From Candidatus Latescibacterota bacterium (GTDB lineage Bacteria; Latescibacterota; UBA2968; UBA8231): a DNA stretch of 64,000 bases. The DNA is taken from the NCBI GenBank assembly GCA_965243025.1, contig CBDETY010000003.1, forward strand, positions 2,528,001 to 2,592,000, read 5' to 3'. The notes below the pieces were generated by a model. The model searched no databases. It saw only the letters and a program-made list of their open reading frames with translations, and was not told the origin of the DNA. Both the position numbers and the translations under genes were made by a program. Shown piece by piece: positions 38,610 through 48,193 of the stretch (position 1 is its first letter; the number at the start of each line of letters is the position of its first letter).

Positions 38610-40001
38610 ATGGGAACAGGATTCGACGACACCGGCTACCGCGTCCTCCGGGGGGCGCTGACCGAAGCGGAAGTCGACCGCCTCGCCGGGCCGATTCGCG
38701 CCGCCTTCGCGGCCGGTGAGTACGACGGGTTCTCAGAGGAGGCGGCCTATCCGTCCCCCGGCACCTATTCGATGGGGCCGCGGATCCTCGAAAAGCACCC
38801 GGAGATTGCGGGGGTGAGCCTGGCGCACCCCGCCATCGTCGCCGCCGTCGAAGACCTCTTCGGCGAGCCGGCCGTGCTGGCGCAGTACTGGTCGATCATG
38901 CGCACCCCCGGGGCGGGGGTGGGCGACGAGCCCTTCGTCAACGGCAGCGGCGCCCACTACGACTACAAGCCATGGCGCTGCGTCGGCTCGTTCGTGAAGT
39001 GGATGTTCGCCGTGGTCCCGTTCGTCGACTACACCGAGGCAGCCGGCCCGCTCGCGGTGTCGCCCGGCTCCCACCTCAAGACAAAGGTGCTTCCCTCGGA
39101 CGGGCGCGTGCACCCGGTCGATGCGGCCCAGGTCCCCTTGCCGGCCGAGATCCCCTTTGACGACCCGTCCTTGAAGAAGGGGGACGCGATCCTGATGCAC
39201 GGCTTCGCCTGGCACGAAGCGCGGCCCAACTTCGGCGGCACCGACCGCTGCGGTCTGTACATGAAGTTCCACGCCAGATCCTCTCCCCCCGCCTGCGGGC
39301 CGACGATCTACCCTTCCCAGGTCCACGACTTTCTGCCGCCCGAGGCCAGGCACCTGGTTCCATGGCACCGGGGCGACGGCCGCTACGCCGCACTCCGCCA
39401 CCGCCCGGTGGGAGGAGTCGACGAGGCCCGGCTGCTGATCGAGGACAGCGAAGGACGGGTGCTGGTGCTCGGCGACGGGGCCGACGGCTGGGGGCTGCCG
39501 AGGTTTGCCGCGGCCGAGGACGAATCAGCGGGCATACTGGACGTCTGCAACGTCATGGGGTCGGTGCTCGAACAGGCCGGCGAGCAGCTCGGCCTGCGGC
39601 TGCCGTGGCTCAGCTGGCTCCTCGACCTTCCCGGCTCATCTCCGGATGGAGGCGAGTGGCGCTGCCGGGTCTACGGCCATCGTCTGGCGGAGGCCGCCCC
39701 CGAGATCGCCAGCGGGAACGGCAGCACACCCGGGCATCGCTGGATGCCGGCCGCCGAGCTCGAGGAGGCGGGAGCGGCGGGCAGGATCGAGTGCGGAGAG
39801 CAGGTGCGGCAGTGGCTGCGCATGTGGCAGGAGGAGGAGGATGAAGAAGGGCGCCCGGTGACGAGAAGCTTTGGCGTCCCGAGCACACACGTGAAGTATT
39901 TCTCGTACAATGGCGGCGGAAACCCGCAGGGAAACTATCGCGTCGGCGTCTTCGACAGCGAAGGCCTCCCGGCGCCGCCGCCGCAAAAGGAGCGGCGATG
40001 A
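38610..40001 (+). CDS. Phytanoyl-CoA dioxygenase family protein with a C-terminal NUDIX-like region
   Basis: FDDTGY, AHYD, SPGSH, AWHEA; C-terminal half LLIEDSEGRVLV...WGLP. RBS AAGGAGG; TATAAT near 38499. Confidence 0.82.
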   Translation: MGTGFDDTGYRVLRGALTEAEVDRLAGPIRAAFAAGEYDGFSEEAAYPSPGTYSMGPRILEKHPEIAGVSLAHPAIVAAVEDLFGEPAVLAQYWSIMRTPGAGVGDEPFVNGSGAHYDYKPWRCVGSFVKWMFAVVPFVDYTEAAGPLAVSPGSHLKTKVLPSDGRVHPVDAAQVPLPAEIPFDDPSLKKGDAILMHGFAWHEARPNFGGTDRCGLYMKFHARSSPPACGPTIYPSQVHDFLPPEARHLVPWHRGDGRYAALRHRPVGGVDEARLLIEDSEGRVLVLGDGADGWGLPRFAAAEDESAGILDVCNVMGSVLEQAGEQLGLRLPWLSWLLDLPGSSPDGGEWRCRVYGHRLAEAAPEIASGNGSTPGHRWMPAAELEEAGAAGRIECGEQVRQWLRMWQEEEDEEGRPVTRSFGVPSTHVKYFSYNGGGNPQGNYRVGVFDSEGLPAPPPQKERR

Positions 40002-41188
40002 GAATCCGCAGAATCACTCCCTGGCTGATCCGCGGCCCGCAGCCCTTCATGGCTTCGGCGGGGGAACCGCCGGGCGCCGAGCGCCCCTACATCTTCGTCC
40101 AGGTCGAGACCGACGAAGGGGTTACGGGCTGGGGCGAAGTCACCAACTCCACGCCGGCCCACAACGCCGCGGTCGCCGCCCTTCTCGCGCAGGCCAACGA
40201 GCTCGTCGCCGGCGACGACGCCAGTCACATCGAAGCGGTCTGGCACAAGATCTTCCGCAACTACACCTACATGGGTTCGCGCGGCGCTGTGACCAGCGTG
40301 ATCAGCGGCATCGACATCGCGCTGTGGGATATCCGCGGCAAGGTCGCCGGACGCCCGGTGTACGACCTCCTCGGCGGCCCGGTGCGGGACCGCATCTCCC
40401 TCTACGCCCACCCCAACGGCCGCACGGCCGAAGAGACCGCCCGCGCCGCCAGGGCGATCGCCGACTTCGGCCACACGGCGCTCAAGACCGATCCCTTCCC
40501 GCTTACCGAAGAGGAGGGCACCTATTTCGGGTATCTCAGCGGCGAGGTGGACGCGGCGACGGAGAACGCCGGCATCGAAAAGGTGGCGGCGATCCGGGAG
40601 GCGGTCGGCCCGGACATCGAGGTCCTGATCGACGCCCACGGCCGCTTCGACGTGCCGACCGCGGTGCGCCTGGCTACGCGCCTGGCCGAGTACGACATCG
40701 GCTGGTTCGAGGAGCCGGTCCCCCCCGAGAGCTACGCGGCGCTCAGGCAGGTCAGGTCGGAGGTGCCGGTGCCGATCTGCGTCGGCGAGCGGCTGTTCAC
40801 CCGCTTCGACTTCCTGCCGGTGCTGCAGGAGGGGCTGGCGGACTACCTGATGCCGGACGTGACCTGGACCGGGGGGATCACCGAGCTGCGCAAGATCTCC
40901 AGCCTCGCCGAGACCTTCTACATCCCGGTGTCGCCGCACGACGCCTCCGGGCCGGTGAACGTCCTGGCCGGGGCGCACGTGATGATGACGGTGCCCAACT
41001 TCTACAGGCTCGAGACCATGCGCGCCGACCTCGGGGCCTACGGCGCCTTCATCGACCACCCTCTCGACATCCGCGGCGGGCACCTCCACCTGTCGGAGCG
41101 GCCCGGCCTCGGCATCGAGCTCGACCTCGATTTCCTGCGCGCTCACGCCCTTCCGGCCGCCCACGCCCTTCCGGCCGCGGGCGGGTGA
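39998..41188 (+). CDS. Mandelate racemase / galactonate dehydratase-like enolase-superfamily enzyme
   Basis: SGIDIALWDIRGK, KTD, IDAHG, WFEEP, GERL, SPHD. Confidence 0.93.
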   Translation: MRIRRITPWLIRGPQPFMASAGEPPGAERPYIFVQVETDEGVTGWGEVTNSTPAHNAAVAALLAQANELVAGDDASHIEAVWHKIFRNYTYMGSRGAVTSVISGIDIALWDIRGKVAGRPVYDLLGGPVRDRISLYAHPNGRTAEETARAARAIADFGHTALKTDPFPLTEEEGTYFGYLSGEVDAATENAGIEKVAAIREAVGPDIEVLIDAHGRFDVPTAVRLATRLAEYDIGWFEEPVPPESYAALRQVRSEVPVPICVGERLFTRFDFLPVLQEGLADYLMPDVTWTGGITELRKISSLAETFYIPVSPHDASGPVNVLAGAHVMMTVPNFYRLETMRADLGAYGAFIDHPLDIRGGHLHLSERPGLGIELDLDFLRAHALPAAHALPAAGG

Positions 41189-41379
41189 CCCGGAGCTGTC
41201 TGGTACGATTTCCTGCCCATACCGGCGCCGATCCATCTTGAGGGAAGATCGCGGTTCAATCAAAAACTCCCTGTGCGATTTTGTCCCTCAATCCCGGGCA
41301 GCGTAGTTGCGCCTCCCGGCAGGTGTCTCCGCCCACCTCCCCCGCCGGCGGCCGGATCCTGGCGCTCTGGACGCCGGGC

Positions 41380-42522
41380 TTATCTGTTCGCAGCCTCGGC
41401 GGCGAGCACCTTCACCGCCTCGACCAGGGCCTTCAGCTCGGCCCCGCTTGTGTAGAAGGCAACGGAGATCCTCACCCCCACCGGGTCGGTCATGTGGGTG
41501 CTGCGCTGACCGATCTCCCAGCGCTGCCTGAGGGCGCGCGAGACCTCGTCGCCGTCCATGCCTTCGAGGGCGATGGTGACGATGCCGGTCTGCGAGTCGG
41601 GACGCCGCGAGCTGAGGATGAGGACCCCGGGCACGGCGTCGAGGTCGGCCTTTAGTAGATCGGCCTTGCGGGCAACCTCCTCCTGAATCGCTTCCACACC
41701 CCCGATGCTCTCCATGTACTCGATGCTCGCCCGGACCCCGGCGTACAGGGCGTGCGCCGGGTGCCCGAGCTTGTACTGCGCCGCCCCCGCGCCGGGGTCG
41801 CGGGGATGAAGCAGGGGCTCGAGGGTCGACTGCGATTCCCGCCTGACGTACAGAAACCCGGTCCCCATCGGGGCGAGCACCCACTTGTAGCAGTTGGACG
41901 CGTAGAAGTCGCAGCCCATCTCCCGCAGGTCGATGGGAAACTGCGCCACGGCCTGGCAGCCGTCCCACAGGGTCAGGACCCCGCGCTCCCGGGCGATCCT
42001 GGAGATCTCCTCCGCCGGCAGGCGCAGGCCGCTGTCCGCGGTGACGTGGTTCGTGCAGATCATCTTCGTGCGGGGTGTCAGCAGCCGTTCGAAGCGTTCG
42101 ACCACGATCCGGGGATCGCAGTCCAGCTCCATCACCTTCACCACCACCCCGAAACGCTCGGCAAGGGCGTGCACCGATCCGTAGGACAGCGGGTACTCCT
42201 CGCTGGAGATCACCACCTCGTCCCCCGGCTCCCAGGCGAGCCCGGCCAGCACCGCCGCGAGCCCGTCCGCGGTGCTGTTGGTCAGGGTGATCTCGTCCTC
42301 GCCGGCCCCGAGGAAGGACGCGAGCTTCAGCCGCGCCGCTTCCGCGGACTCGCATATCCCCAGGTGCCAGTCTATCGGAGAGGTGTGATCTTCGTGGAGC
42401 TTGCGGTAGTTGGCCTCGACCGCCTCGCGCACCTCGATCGAAGGCAGGCCGATGCCCCCGGTGTTGAGCTGGATGCCGTTCTGCAGGCCTGGATAGTGCC
42501 GGCGGATCTCCTCGAGGTTCAC
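41380..42522 (-). CDS. Aminotransferase class V (isopenicillin-N-epimerase-like), tandem copy B
   Basis: GTG start VNLEEIRRHYP, LNTGG, DGCQA, NCYKW (PLP Lys), VRIS; 380 aa. Confidence 0.88.
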   Translation of the reverse strand: MNLEEIRRHYPGLQNGIQLNTGGIGLPSIEVREAVEANYRKLHEDHTSPIDWHLGICESAEAARLKLASFLGAGEDEITLTNSTADGLAAVLAGLAWEPGDEVVISSEEYPLSYGSVHALAERFGVVVKVMELDCDPRIVVERFERLLTPRTKMICTNHVTADSGLRLPAEEISRIARERGVLTLWDGCQAVAQFPIDLREMGCDFYASNCYKWVLAPMGTGFLYVRRESQSTLEPLLHPRDPGAGAAQYKLGHPAHALYAGVRASIEYMESIGGVEAIQEEVARKADLLKADLDAVPGVLILSSRRPDSQTGIVTIALEGMDGDEVSRALRQRWEIGQRSTHMTDPVGVRISVAFYTSGAELKALVEAVKVLAAEAANR

Positions 42523-42536
42523 TTGCCCATGCCCCC

Positions 42537-43679
42537 TCAGCCGTTCCCCGCCTCGCGGGACAGCACCTTCACCGCTTCGACCAGGGCCTCGATCTCCTCC
42601 TCGCTGGTGTAGAAGGCGATGGAGATGCGGACCCCGGACGGATCGGTCATGTAGGTGCCTCGCTGAACGATCTGCCAGCGGGTCCGCAGCGCCTTGTCGA
42701 GGTCGCCGCCCTCCATGCCTTCGATGGCGAAGGTGACGATGCCGGTCTGCGAGTCGGGGCGCCTCGAGCTGATCACGATGGTGCCGGGCACCTCGTCGAG
42801 CTTCGCCTTGAGCAGGTCGGTCTTGCGCACACACTCCCGGCGCACCGCCTCGACGCCGCCGATGCCCTCGATGAAGTCGATGGCCGCTCCCACCCCGGCG
42901 TAGAGGGCGTGGGCGGGATTGCTCAACCTGTACTGGCCCGCTCCCCCTCCTGGATTGTGGACATGCACCAGCGGCTTGAGCACATGCTGCGCCTCCCTGC
43001 TGACGTAGAGGAAGCCGGTCCCCAGCGGGCCGAGCACCCATTTGTAGGTGTTGGTCGCGTAAAAGTCGCAGCCCATCTCGTCGAGATTCACCGGTACCTG
43101 GGCGATCGCGTGGCAGCCGTCCCACAGCGTCAGGATCTCGCGCTCCCGCGCCAGCTTGCAGATCTCCTCCGCCGGCACCACGAGACCGGTGTCGGTGGTT
43201 ACGTGGCTCATGCAGATCATTTTGGTACGGGGGCTCAGGGCCTCCTCGGTGCGCTCCAGCATCACCGCCGGATCGTGGTCGATCTCGACGACCTTGAGGA
43301 CCACCCCCTCCCGCTGCTCGAGGGCGAGCACGGCCCGGTGCGGCATCGGGTGTTCCTCGCTGGTGATCACCACCTCGTCCCCGGGCTCCCAGGACAGCCC
43401 GGCGATCGCCGCGGCGTACCCGTCCGCGGTGCTGATGGTCAGGGCGATCTCGTCGTCCTTCGCCCCGAAGAAGGCGGCCAGCTTCTTCCGCGCCACCTCC
43501 GCCGACTGGCACATCAGGGTATGCCACTCGATCGGCGGCACGTACTCTTCGTAGAGACTGTTGAAGCCGGCATCGATCGCCTCCCGCACCTCGTTGGAGG
43601 GCAGGCCGACCCCGCCGGTGTTGAGCTGGATGCCGTTCTGCAGGCCGGGGTAGTGGGTGCGGATCTCTTCGAGGTTCAC
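42537..43679 (-). CDS. Aminotransferase class V, tandem copy A
   Basis: GTG start VNLEEIRTHYP with RBS AAAGGAG; DGCHA, NTYKW; 380 aa. Confidence 0.88.
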   Translation of the reverse strand: MNLEEIRTHYPGLQNGIQLNTGGVGLPSNEVREAIDAGFNSLYEEYVPPIEWHTLMCQSAEVARKKLAAFFGAKDDEIALTISTADGYAAAIAGLSWEPGDEVVITSEEHPMPHRAVLALEQREGVVLKVVEIDHDPAVMLERTEEALSPRTKMICMSHVTTDTGLVVPAEEICKLAREREILTLWDGCHAIAQVPVNLDEMGCDFYATNTYKWVLGPLGTGFLYVSREAQHVLKPLVHVHNPGGGAGQYRLSNPAHALYAGVGAAIDFIEGIGGVEAVRRECVRKTDLLKAKLDEVPGTIVISSRRPDSQTGIVTFAIEGMEGGDLDKALRTRWQIVQRGTYMTDPSGVRISIAFYTSEEEIEALVEAVKVLSREAGNG

Positions 43680-43701
43680 GGGCGGCTTTCTCCTTTCAGG
43701 T

Positions 43702-44520
43702 TCATTGTCCTTCTCCCATTTCGTCGAGCAGCCGCTGCACCGCCTTCTTGCGGTGCCGGAACGAGGCGGGCTGCTTGAGCTCGAACAGTTCGGGTGATAT
43801 GAGGTCGCGGTATTCCTCGGGGGGACCCCCGCCGGGCGACCAGGAGGCGTACGACGTCGTGTAGCGCACGAACGCGGTGGTGCGGGGGTTCTCTTCCGTC
43901 CACCTGCGGGCACCGTGGCAGAGCGCCTCGGTGAACAGCACTGCGTCCCCCGCGCGCACCGCCGGGTTGGCGACCAGGGGCGGCCCGTCGTAGATGGTTA
44001 CCCGGTCCGGCCTGGGGAAGTAGGCCTTGTGGGTTCCGGGGATGCAGACGAAGCCGGTGCCGGCCGGCACGTCGACCAGGGAGACGCCGGCGTTGAGGAA
44101 GGTCGCGAAGATCCTGCCGTCGGCAGCCTGGTAGTCGTTGGCCGGGTGGTGGATGCCGCCGCTGACGCCGCCGTGGAAGGGCAGGTCGTCCGTCTCCCTG
44201 GTATTCCTGGCCAGGGCCGTGCCGGCGTGCTGCGGGCAGTTGTCGGTGAGGGCCAGCACCACCCGCATGATCTCCCGGTTGAGCACCAGCCGCTCGAAAA
44301 CCTCGTCGGCGTACTCGACCATGGTGATCGAACGGGGAGAGGTCGGCCTGGTGCTGGCGTCCCGGTAGGTCCACAGGGGCGCCGGCAGCTCGCTCTCCTC
44401 CAGGGCGTGCCACTCGTCGGCGAGCTGCATCATTCTGGCGACGTCCTCCGGGCATACCGCGTTCCGCAGCACCAGGTACCCCTGGATGTCGAAATGCCAC
44501 TTCTCCTCTTCGGTCAGCAA
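43702..44520 (-). CDS. Phytanoyl-CoA dioxygenase family protein, HxG variant
   Basis: TTG start with GGAGG; WHFDIQGYLVL, FHGG, IPGTHK, AGDAVLFTEALCHG. Confidence 0.85.
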   Translation of the reverse strand: MLTEEEKWHFDIQGYLVLRNAVCPEDVARMMQLADEWHALEESELPAPLWTYRDASTRPTSPRSITMVEYADEVFERLVLNREIMRVVLALTDNCPQHAGTALARNTRETDDLPFHGGVSGGIHHPANDYQAADGRIFATFLNAGVSLVDVPAGTGFVCIPGTHKAYFPRPDRVTIYDGPPLVANPAVRAGDAVLFTEALCHGARRWTEENPRTTAFVRYTTSYASWSPGGGPPEEYRDLISPELFELKQPASFRHRKKAVQRLLDEMGEGQ

Positions 44521-44669
44521 CGGACCTCCCCGGCGATGGCTGTCCTTGAAACGGAAATGTGCGACAAGGGCGGGCGGGACTGCACCCGACCCCCGGGTCC
44601 TGCTCGTCATCGGTGATCGGGCCGGGCGTAATCTGGCCAGACACTTGCCGCGGCGCCACCGGCCGGGCA

Positions 44670-44873
44670 GGGTGCCTGACCTCCGACCTTGCCGAACGGC
44701 TGCGGCCGTTTCTCCGTTTCCGGCATCTGTTCCGCAACATCTACGGCGGACAGCTGCGCTGGGAGCGAAGCACCGAACTGCTCGCGGAAGCGGATGAGGT
44801 TTGGCCGCTCTTCCAGCAGCAGATGCGGGAGTTCAGGGGGGTGCTGACGCACCTTCACGACGGCTGCCGGTGA
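44670..44873 (+). pseudogene. Truncated HEPN (HepT/DUF86-like) ribonuclease toxin fragment
   Basis: LTSDLAERLRPFLRFRHLFRNIYGGQLRWER matches the C-terminal half of HepT-like proteins. No credible N-terminus and no MNT partner. Confidence 0.6.
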
Positions 44874-45285
44874 AGATGTCCCTCCTCATCCGGCGCTCCT
44901 GTTCCCGCACCCCGGCAAAAACGCAGTAGGCTCCCCAGGCGCTGTCGACGTAGAGATCGAGGCTGCGGTACCCGGTGCCGCCGAAGTGCACGAGAAGGCG
45001 CCGGCTGCCGTCCTCATGCGCGAAGGACTCGTGCGGCCAGACGATTGGGCGGTGCCGCTGGGCGTCCGGGTGCTGCTCGCCGAAGCAGACCGCCTCTTCC
45101 GGGGTCGGGCGCCGCAGTCCGTGCAGGCCCAGTTCTGCCACCGCCTCTTCGGTGGTGGCGATCCGCCCCAGGGCGACGAGCTCGACGGCGACCTCCGCCT
45201 GCGGCCGCGGCGCCAGGGGAAAGTTCTCCTGGTTGATGAAGGAGTGCACCCCGTCGTAGCGGCCGGCGCGCACGATCTCGTCCAT
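44833..45285 (-). CDS. Hypothetical protein (150 aa)
   Basis: ATG start MDEIVRAGRYD; host-like codon use; co-directional with the upstream PKD gene. Confidence 0.65.
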   Translation of the reverse strand: MDEIVRAGRYDGVHSFINQENFPLAPRPQAEVAVELVALGRIATTEEAVAELGLHGLRRPTPEEAVCFGEQHPDAQRHRPIVWPHESFAHEDGSRRLLVHFGGTGYRSLDLYVDSAWGAYCVFAGVREQERRMRRDIFTGSRREGASAPP

Positions 45286-45350
45286 CGTGCGGTTCCCGCC
45301 GGTCCTCACCGGAAACCCCCTGCCCTCCGCCGTGCCGGGACCTGACGCGG

Positions 45351-46436
45351 TCACTTCACCATCACCTCGAACACCTTGACGCGCCGGGCTTTTCCCTCGG
45401 AGCCCTCGACGTTCAGCGTCACCACGAACGCCCCGGCTTCCTTGTACTGGTGGATCGGGTGCTGCTCGTCCGAGACCGCGCCGTCGCCGAAGTCCCACGA
45501 CCAGGAGGTGATCTCGCCGCGGGAGCGGTCGTTGAAGGCGACCATGCGGCGCTCCATGTCGACGACGGTGTACTCGTACTCCGCCTCGAGCGGCTTCAGG
45601 TACTCAGGTTCCAGCGGCATCAGCCGGAAGGCGCACAGATTCGAGGCGTTGTTGTCCATGCGCGTCTCGTGGGAAAGGTTCCAGAACCCCTCGTACTCGG
45701 TGTGGTCCTCGTCGTAGTCGAGGATCGACCAGGAGAGCGCGATCAGGCTGTTCTCGACCAGCTTCGACACGCTGGCCCGCTCCGGCCCGTCATAAGGGGC
45801 GTAGTCGAAGGGGGTGATCCAGCATTCCAGCACGAGGTTGCCGCTCTCCCCCTCCTTGAAATCGTAGGAATAGGCGTGGTTGGAGTACGGGAGCTTGCCG
45901 ATCCAGGGCTGGCAGCCCCAGACGAAGACCCAGTCCCGCCCTTCGCCGGGAGGCGTGAAGATGTGGTAGTTCTGGGCGTGCACCCCCTTGAACATGAAGT
46001 GGCTCTCCCAGGGGTCCTCGATCTGCGAGTTGACGATGTTCGGCCCTCCCGAGCGGTCGGCGTCGACGGCGATCTCGAACAGGTCGCCGCGGGCGTAGTA
46101 CATGTTCCAGAAATCGTCGTACGCCTCGTACAGGAAGTAGAGGCGGTTGAGGCCCTCGACCCAGCCGACGCGCACGCGGACATCGAGGTCCTCCGGGTCG
46201 TGGTTGGTCCCCTTCCCCATCACCGTGTCCTTCAACTGGTCCGTCCCGTAGACGTACTCCTCGGGAACCATTTCCCAGTCGTCGATGCTGCCGTCGATGC
46301 GCGGGATCATGTCCGCGGGAAACTGGAAGATCCTGAACTCGGTGTCCGTGCGCTGCAGTCCTTCCGAAGCGGTCCCGCAGAGCAGGAGAGCCGGCAGTAC
46401 GAGAACCGGCAGCATGCGGAGTTCGTGTGTTTTCAA
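45351..46436 (-). CDS. Secreted protein with CBM9/DOMON-like sugar-binding domain and C-terminal PKD domain
   Basis: Signal peptide, PRIDGSIDDW, WSWDFGDG..S.EQHP.HQY (PKD). TTG start after AAGGAG (alternative ATG 46415). Confidence 0.82.
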   Translation of the reverse strand: MKTHELRMLPVLVLPALLLCGTASEGLQRTDTEFRIFQFPADMIPRIDGSIDDWEMVPEEYVYGTDQLKDTVMGKGTNHDPEDLDVRVRVGWVEGLNRLYFLYEAYDDFWNMYYARGDLFEIAVDADRSGGPNIVNSQIEDPWESHFMFKGVHAQNYHIFTPPGEGRDWVFVWGCQPWIGKLPYSNHAYSYDFKEGESGNLVLECWITPFDYAPYDGPERASVSKLVENSLIALSWSILDYDEDHTEYEGFWNLSHETRMDNNASNLCAFRLMPLEPEYLKPLEAEYEYTVVDMERRMVAFNDRSRGEITSWSWDFGDGAVSDEQHPIHQYKEAGAFVVTLNVEGSEGKARRVKVFEVMVK

Positions 46437-46665
46437 CTGTTGACTCCTTTCCGTGGCCATGGTGGGATGACAGCTCGTGGCAGATGTTCCCGCATCCGCC
46501 TGCGGCACGACTTCGCATTCCTTTCGATGCGAGCCGATCACCTGCCGGCGAGCCGTGAGCGAGCAAGGTAAAGCGGGCGCCGGCATGGCAAAACCTGCAG
46601 CCTGTGCCCGGGCGCCGAGCCACCGGCGCTCATCCGAGCAGGTTCGCCGTTTCCTCTCGGGGACC

Positions 46666-48069
46666 CTACATCACCGGCATGTCGGCGGGCCGGTACGAGC
46701 TGGTGCGCGGGTTCCAGCGGGTGCCGCAGATCTCGCTGATCACCGTCCACTCGCCGGGGGTCAGGTGGCCCATGTGGTGGAACAGGAACCGCTGCAGGCC
46801 CCCCTCCTGCGCCGCTTCCAGCAGTTGGCGCAGGTCCCCCGCCGGCATCGGGTCGCCGTCGTGGGGATGGCGACCGGTCTCCACCCAGGGGACGATCCTG
46901 CGCGGATCCCCCACCGCGGCGATCGCCCGCTCCGTCTCGGCGGTGACGATCTGGCGGTAGAACTCCGGGCCGAGGGCGCTCTCGAAATCCCCGACCTCCC
47001 GCACCCCCGGCAAAACGATGCCGAACAGGGCCTGCACCACCTTCAGGGCGTCGCCGGTTTCCAGCCCCGGGTTCCACTCGCACAGGGTCTCGACGTAGCG
47101 GTGGACGGTGCCGACGAAGCCGTCGAAGCCTCGGTGCCAGAAGTAGAACTTGGGCAGCAGGAAGTCCATGAACCCGGCGAGGCGGACGGCATCGTACCCG
47201 CACAGCGGGGCGAAGGCGGGTGAGCGCGGCCCCACCCCGACCTCGACGGGGCGGCCGAGCTCGGAGGCGAGACCCTCGCGCATGAAGCGGAAGAAAGCGG
47301 TCAGCGAGTCGACCCGGAAGTTCATCCACGCCATCAGGTCGGGGTCGGACCCGAGCAGCCGGTACCCCCCGAGCAGGCCCCCGGCCCCGTGCAGGCGGAC
47401 CCGTTTCGGGTCGAGGCCGTGCAGCAGGTCGAACAGGCGGTCCCTGGCCGCGGCGAGGGCGGCGTAGTCGTACCCGAGACGTTCGCACAGGGGGGCCGTG
47501 CTCTGCGGAAGGTCGTCGAAGATGAAGGAGCGCCGGTTCATGTGATGCGGGGCGATCTCGTACCCCCACTCCGGACCGTCCATGACCGCCCCGTCGGCCG
47601 CGGGGAACTGCTCGAGCGTATCCACGGCCCGCGCCAGGCGCGCCCGCATGCTCTTCCCGTCCTCGAAGTGGTGGCCATCCCCTCCCGGACCGGCGCCGCT
47701 GTCGGCGTAGATGATGTAGACTGACAGTCCCCGGTCCCTGGCCGCATGCAGGGTCCTGTCGAGCAGGGCCCGCTGTTCGGGCAGGGCCTGCTCCGGGGGC
47801 GGGGGCGGCTCGACGCCGAAGCGCTCATACACCTTCGGATCCGGGTCGAACACCGCGACCGGTGGGCCTTCTTCGGTTTCGGGAGCCACGGCGACGCCGT
47901 CGGTGAGGTCGTCCTCAGGCAGCCCCCCCTTGCCGAGGGTGCCGACGCTGAACGCCAGGGGCCCGACCGCCAGTGCCTCTACCCCTCCTTCGGCCCAGGC
48001 GTCGAGGATGCGCTCGTGGTCGTTCATCAGGAGCTCGAGGTCGCGCATCACCGCCATCCAGAGCTTCAT
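46666..48069 (-). CDS. Uncharacterised 467-aa protein; paralog of 803-2119
   Basis: MKLW start, DAWxxGG, MDGPEWGYEIAPHH, PKFYFWHRGFDG, GRHPHDGDPM. Confidence 0.82.
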   Translation of the reverse strand: MKLWMAVMRDLELLMNDHERILDAWAEGGVEALAVGPLAFSVGTLGKGGLPEDDLTDGVAVAPETEEGPPVAVFDPDPKVYERFGVEPPPPPEQALPEQRALLDRTLHAARDRGLSVYIIYADSGAGPGGDGHHFEDGKSMRARLARAVDTLEQFPAADGAVMDGPEWGYEIAPHHMNRRSFIFDDLPQSTAPLCERLGYDYAALAAARDRLFDLLHGLDPKRVRLHGAGGLLGGYRLLGSDPDLMAWMNFRVDSLTAFFRFMREGLASELGRPVEVGVGPRSPAFAPLCGYDAVRLAGFMDFLLPKFYFWHRGFDGFVGTVHRYVETLCEWNPGLETGDALKVVQALFGIVLPGVREVGDFESALGPEFYRQIVTAETERAIAAVGDPRRIVPWVETGRHPHDGDPMPAGDLRQLLEAAQEGGLQRFLFHHMGHLTPGEWTVISEICGTRWNPRTSSYRPADMPVM

Positions 48070-48193
48070 CGGCCGCCTCTCTTTCCAAGGGGGATCGTGT
48101 CGCTTTCCCGATCTTTCGGGGGTTCTATATTACCCGGCTTTCGCAGCCGCTTCCAGCAGCTGTTCCTCCCCTTCTTCCGGGAGCTGACTACCC

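Noticed and set aside
41144-41178. 18-bp tandem duplication (HALPAA x2) at the end of the enolase gene
   Set aside because: Two copies only, in a low-complexity C-terminal tail; most likely neutral slippage.
41380-43527. 715-aa fused aminotransferase or programmed frameshift
   Set aside because: Two separate 380-aa genes, each with its own GTG start and stop; the extension is an alternative-frame read.
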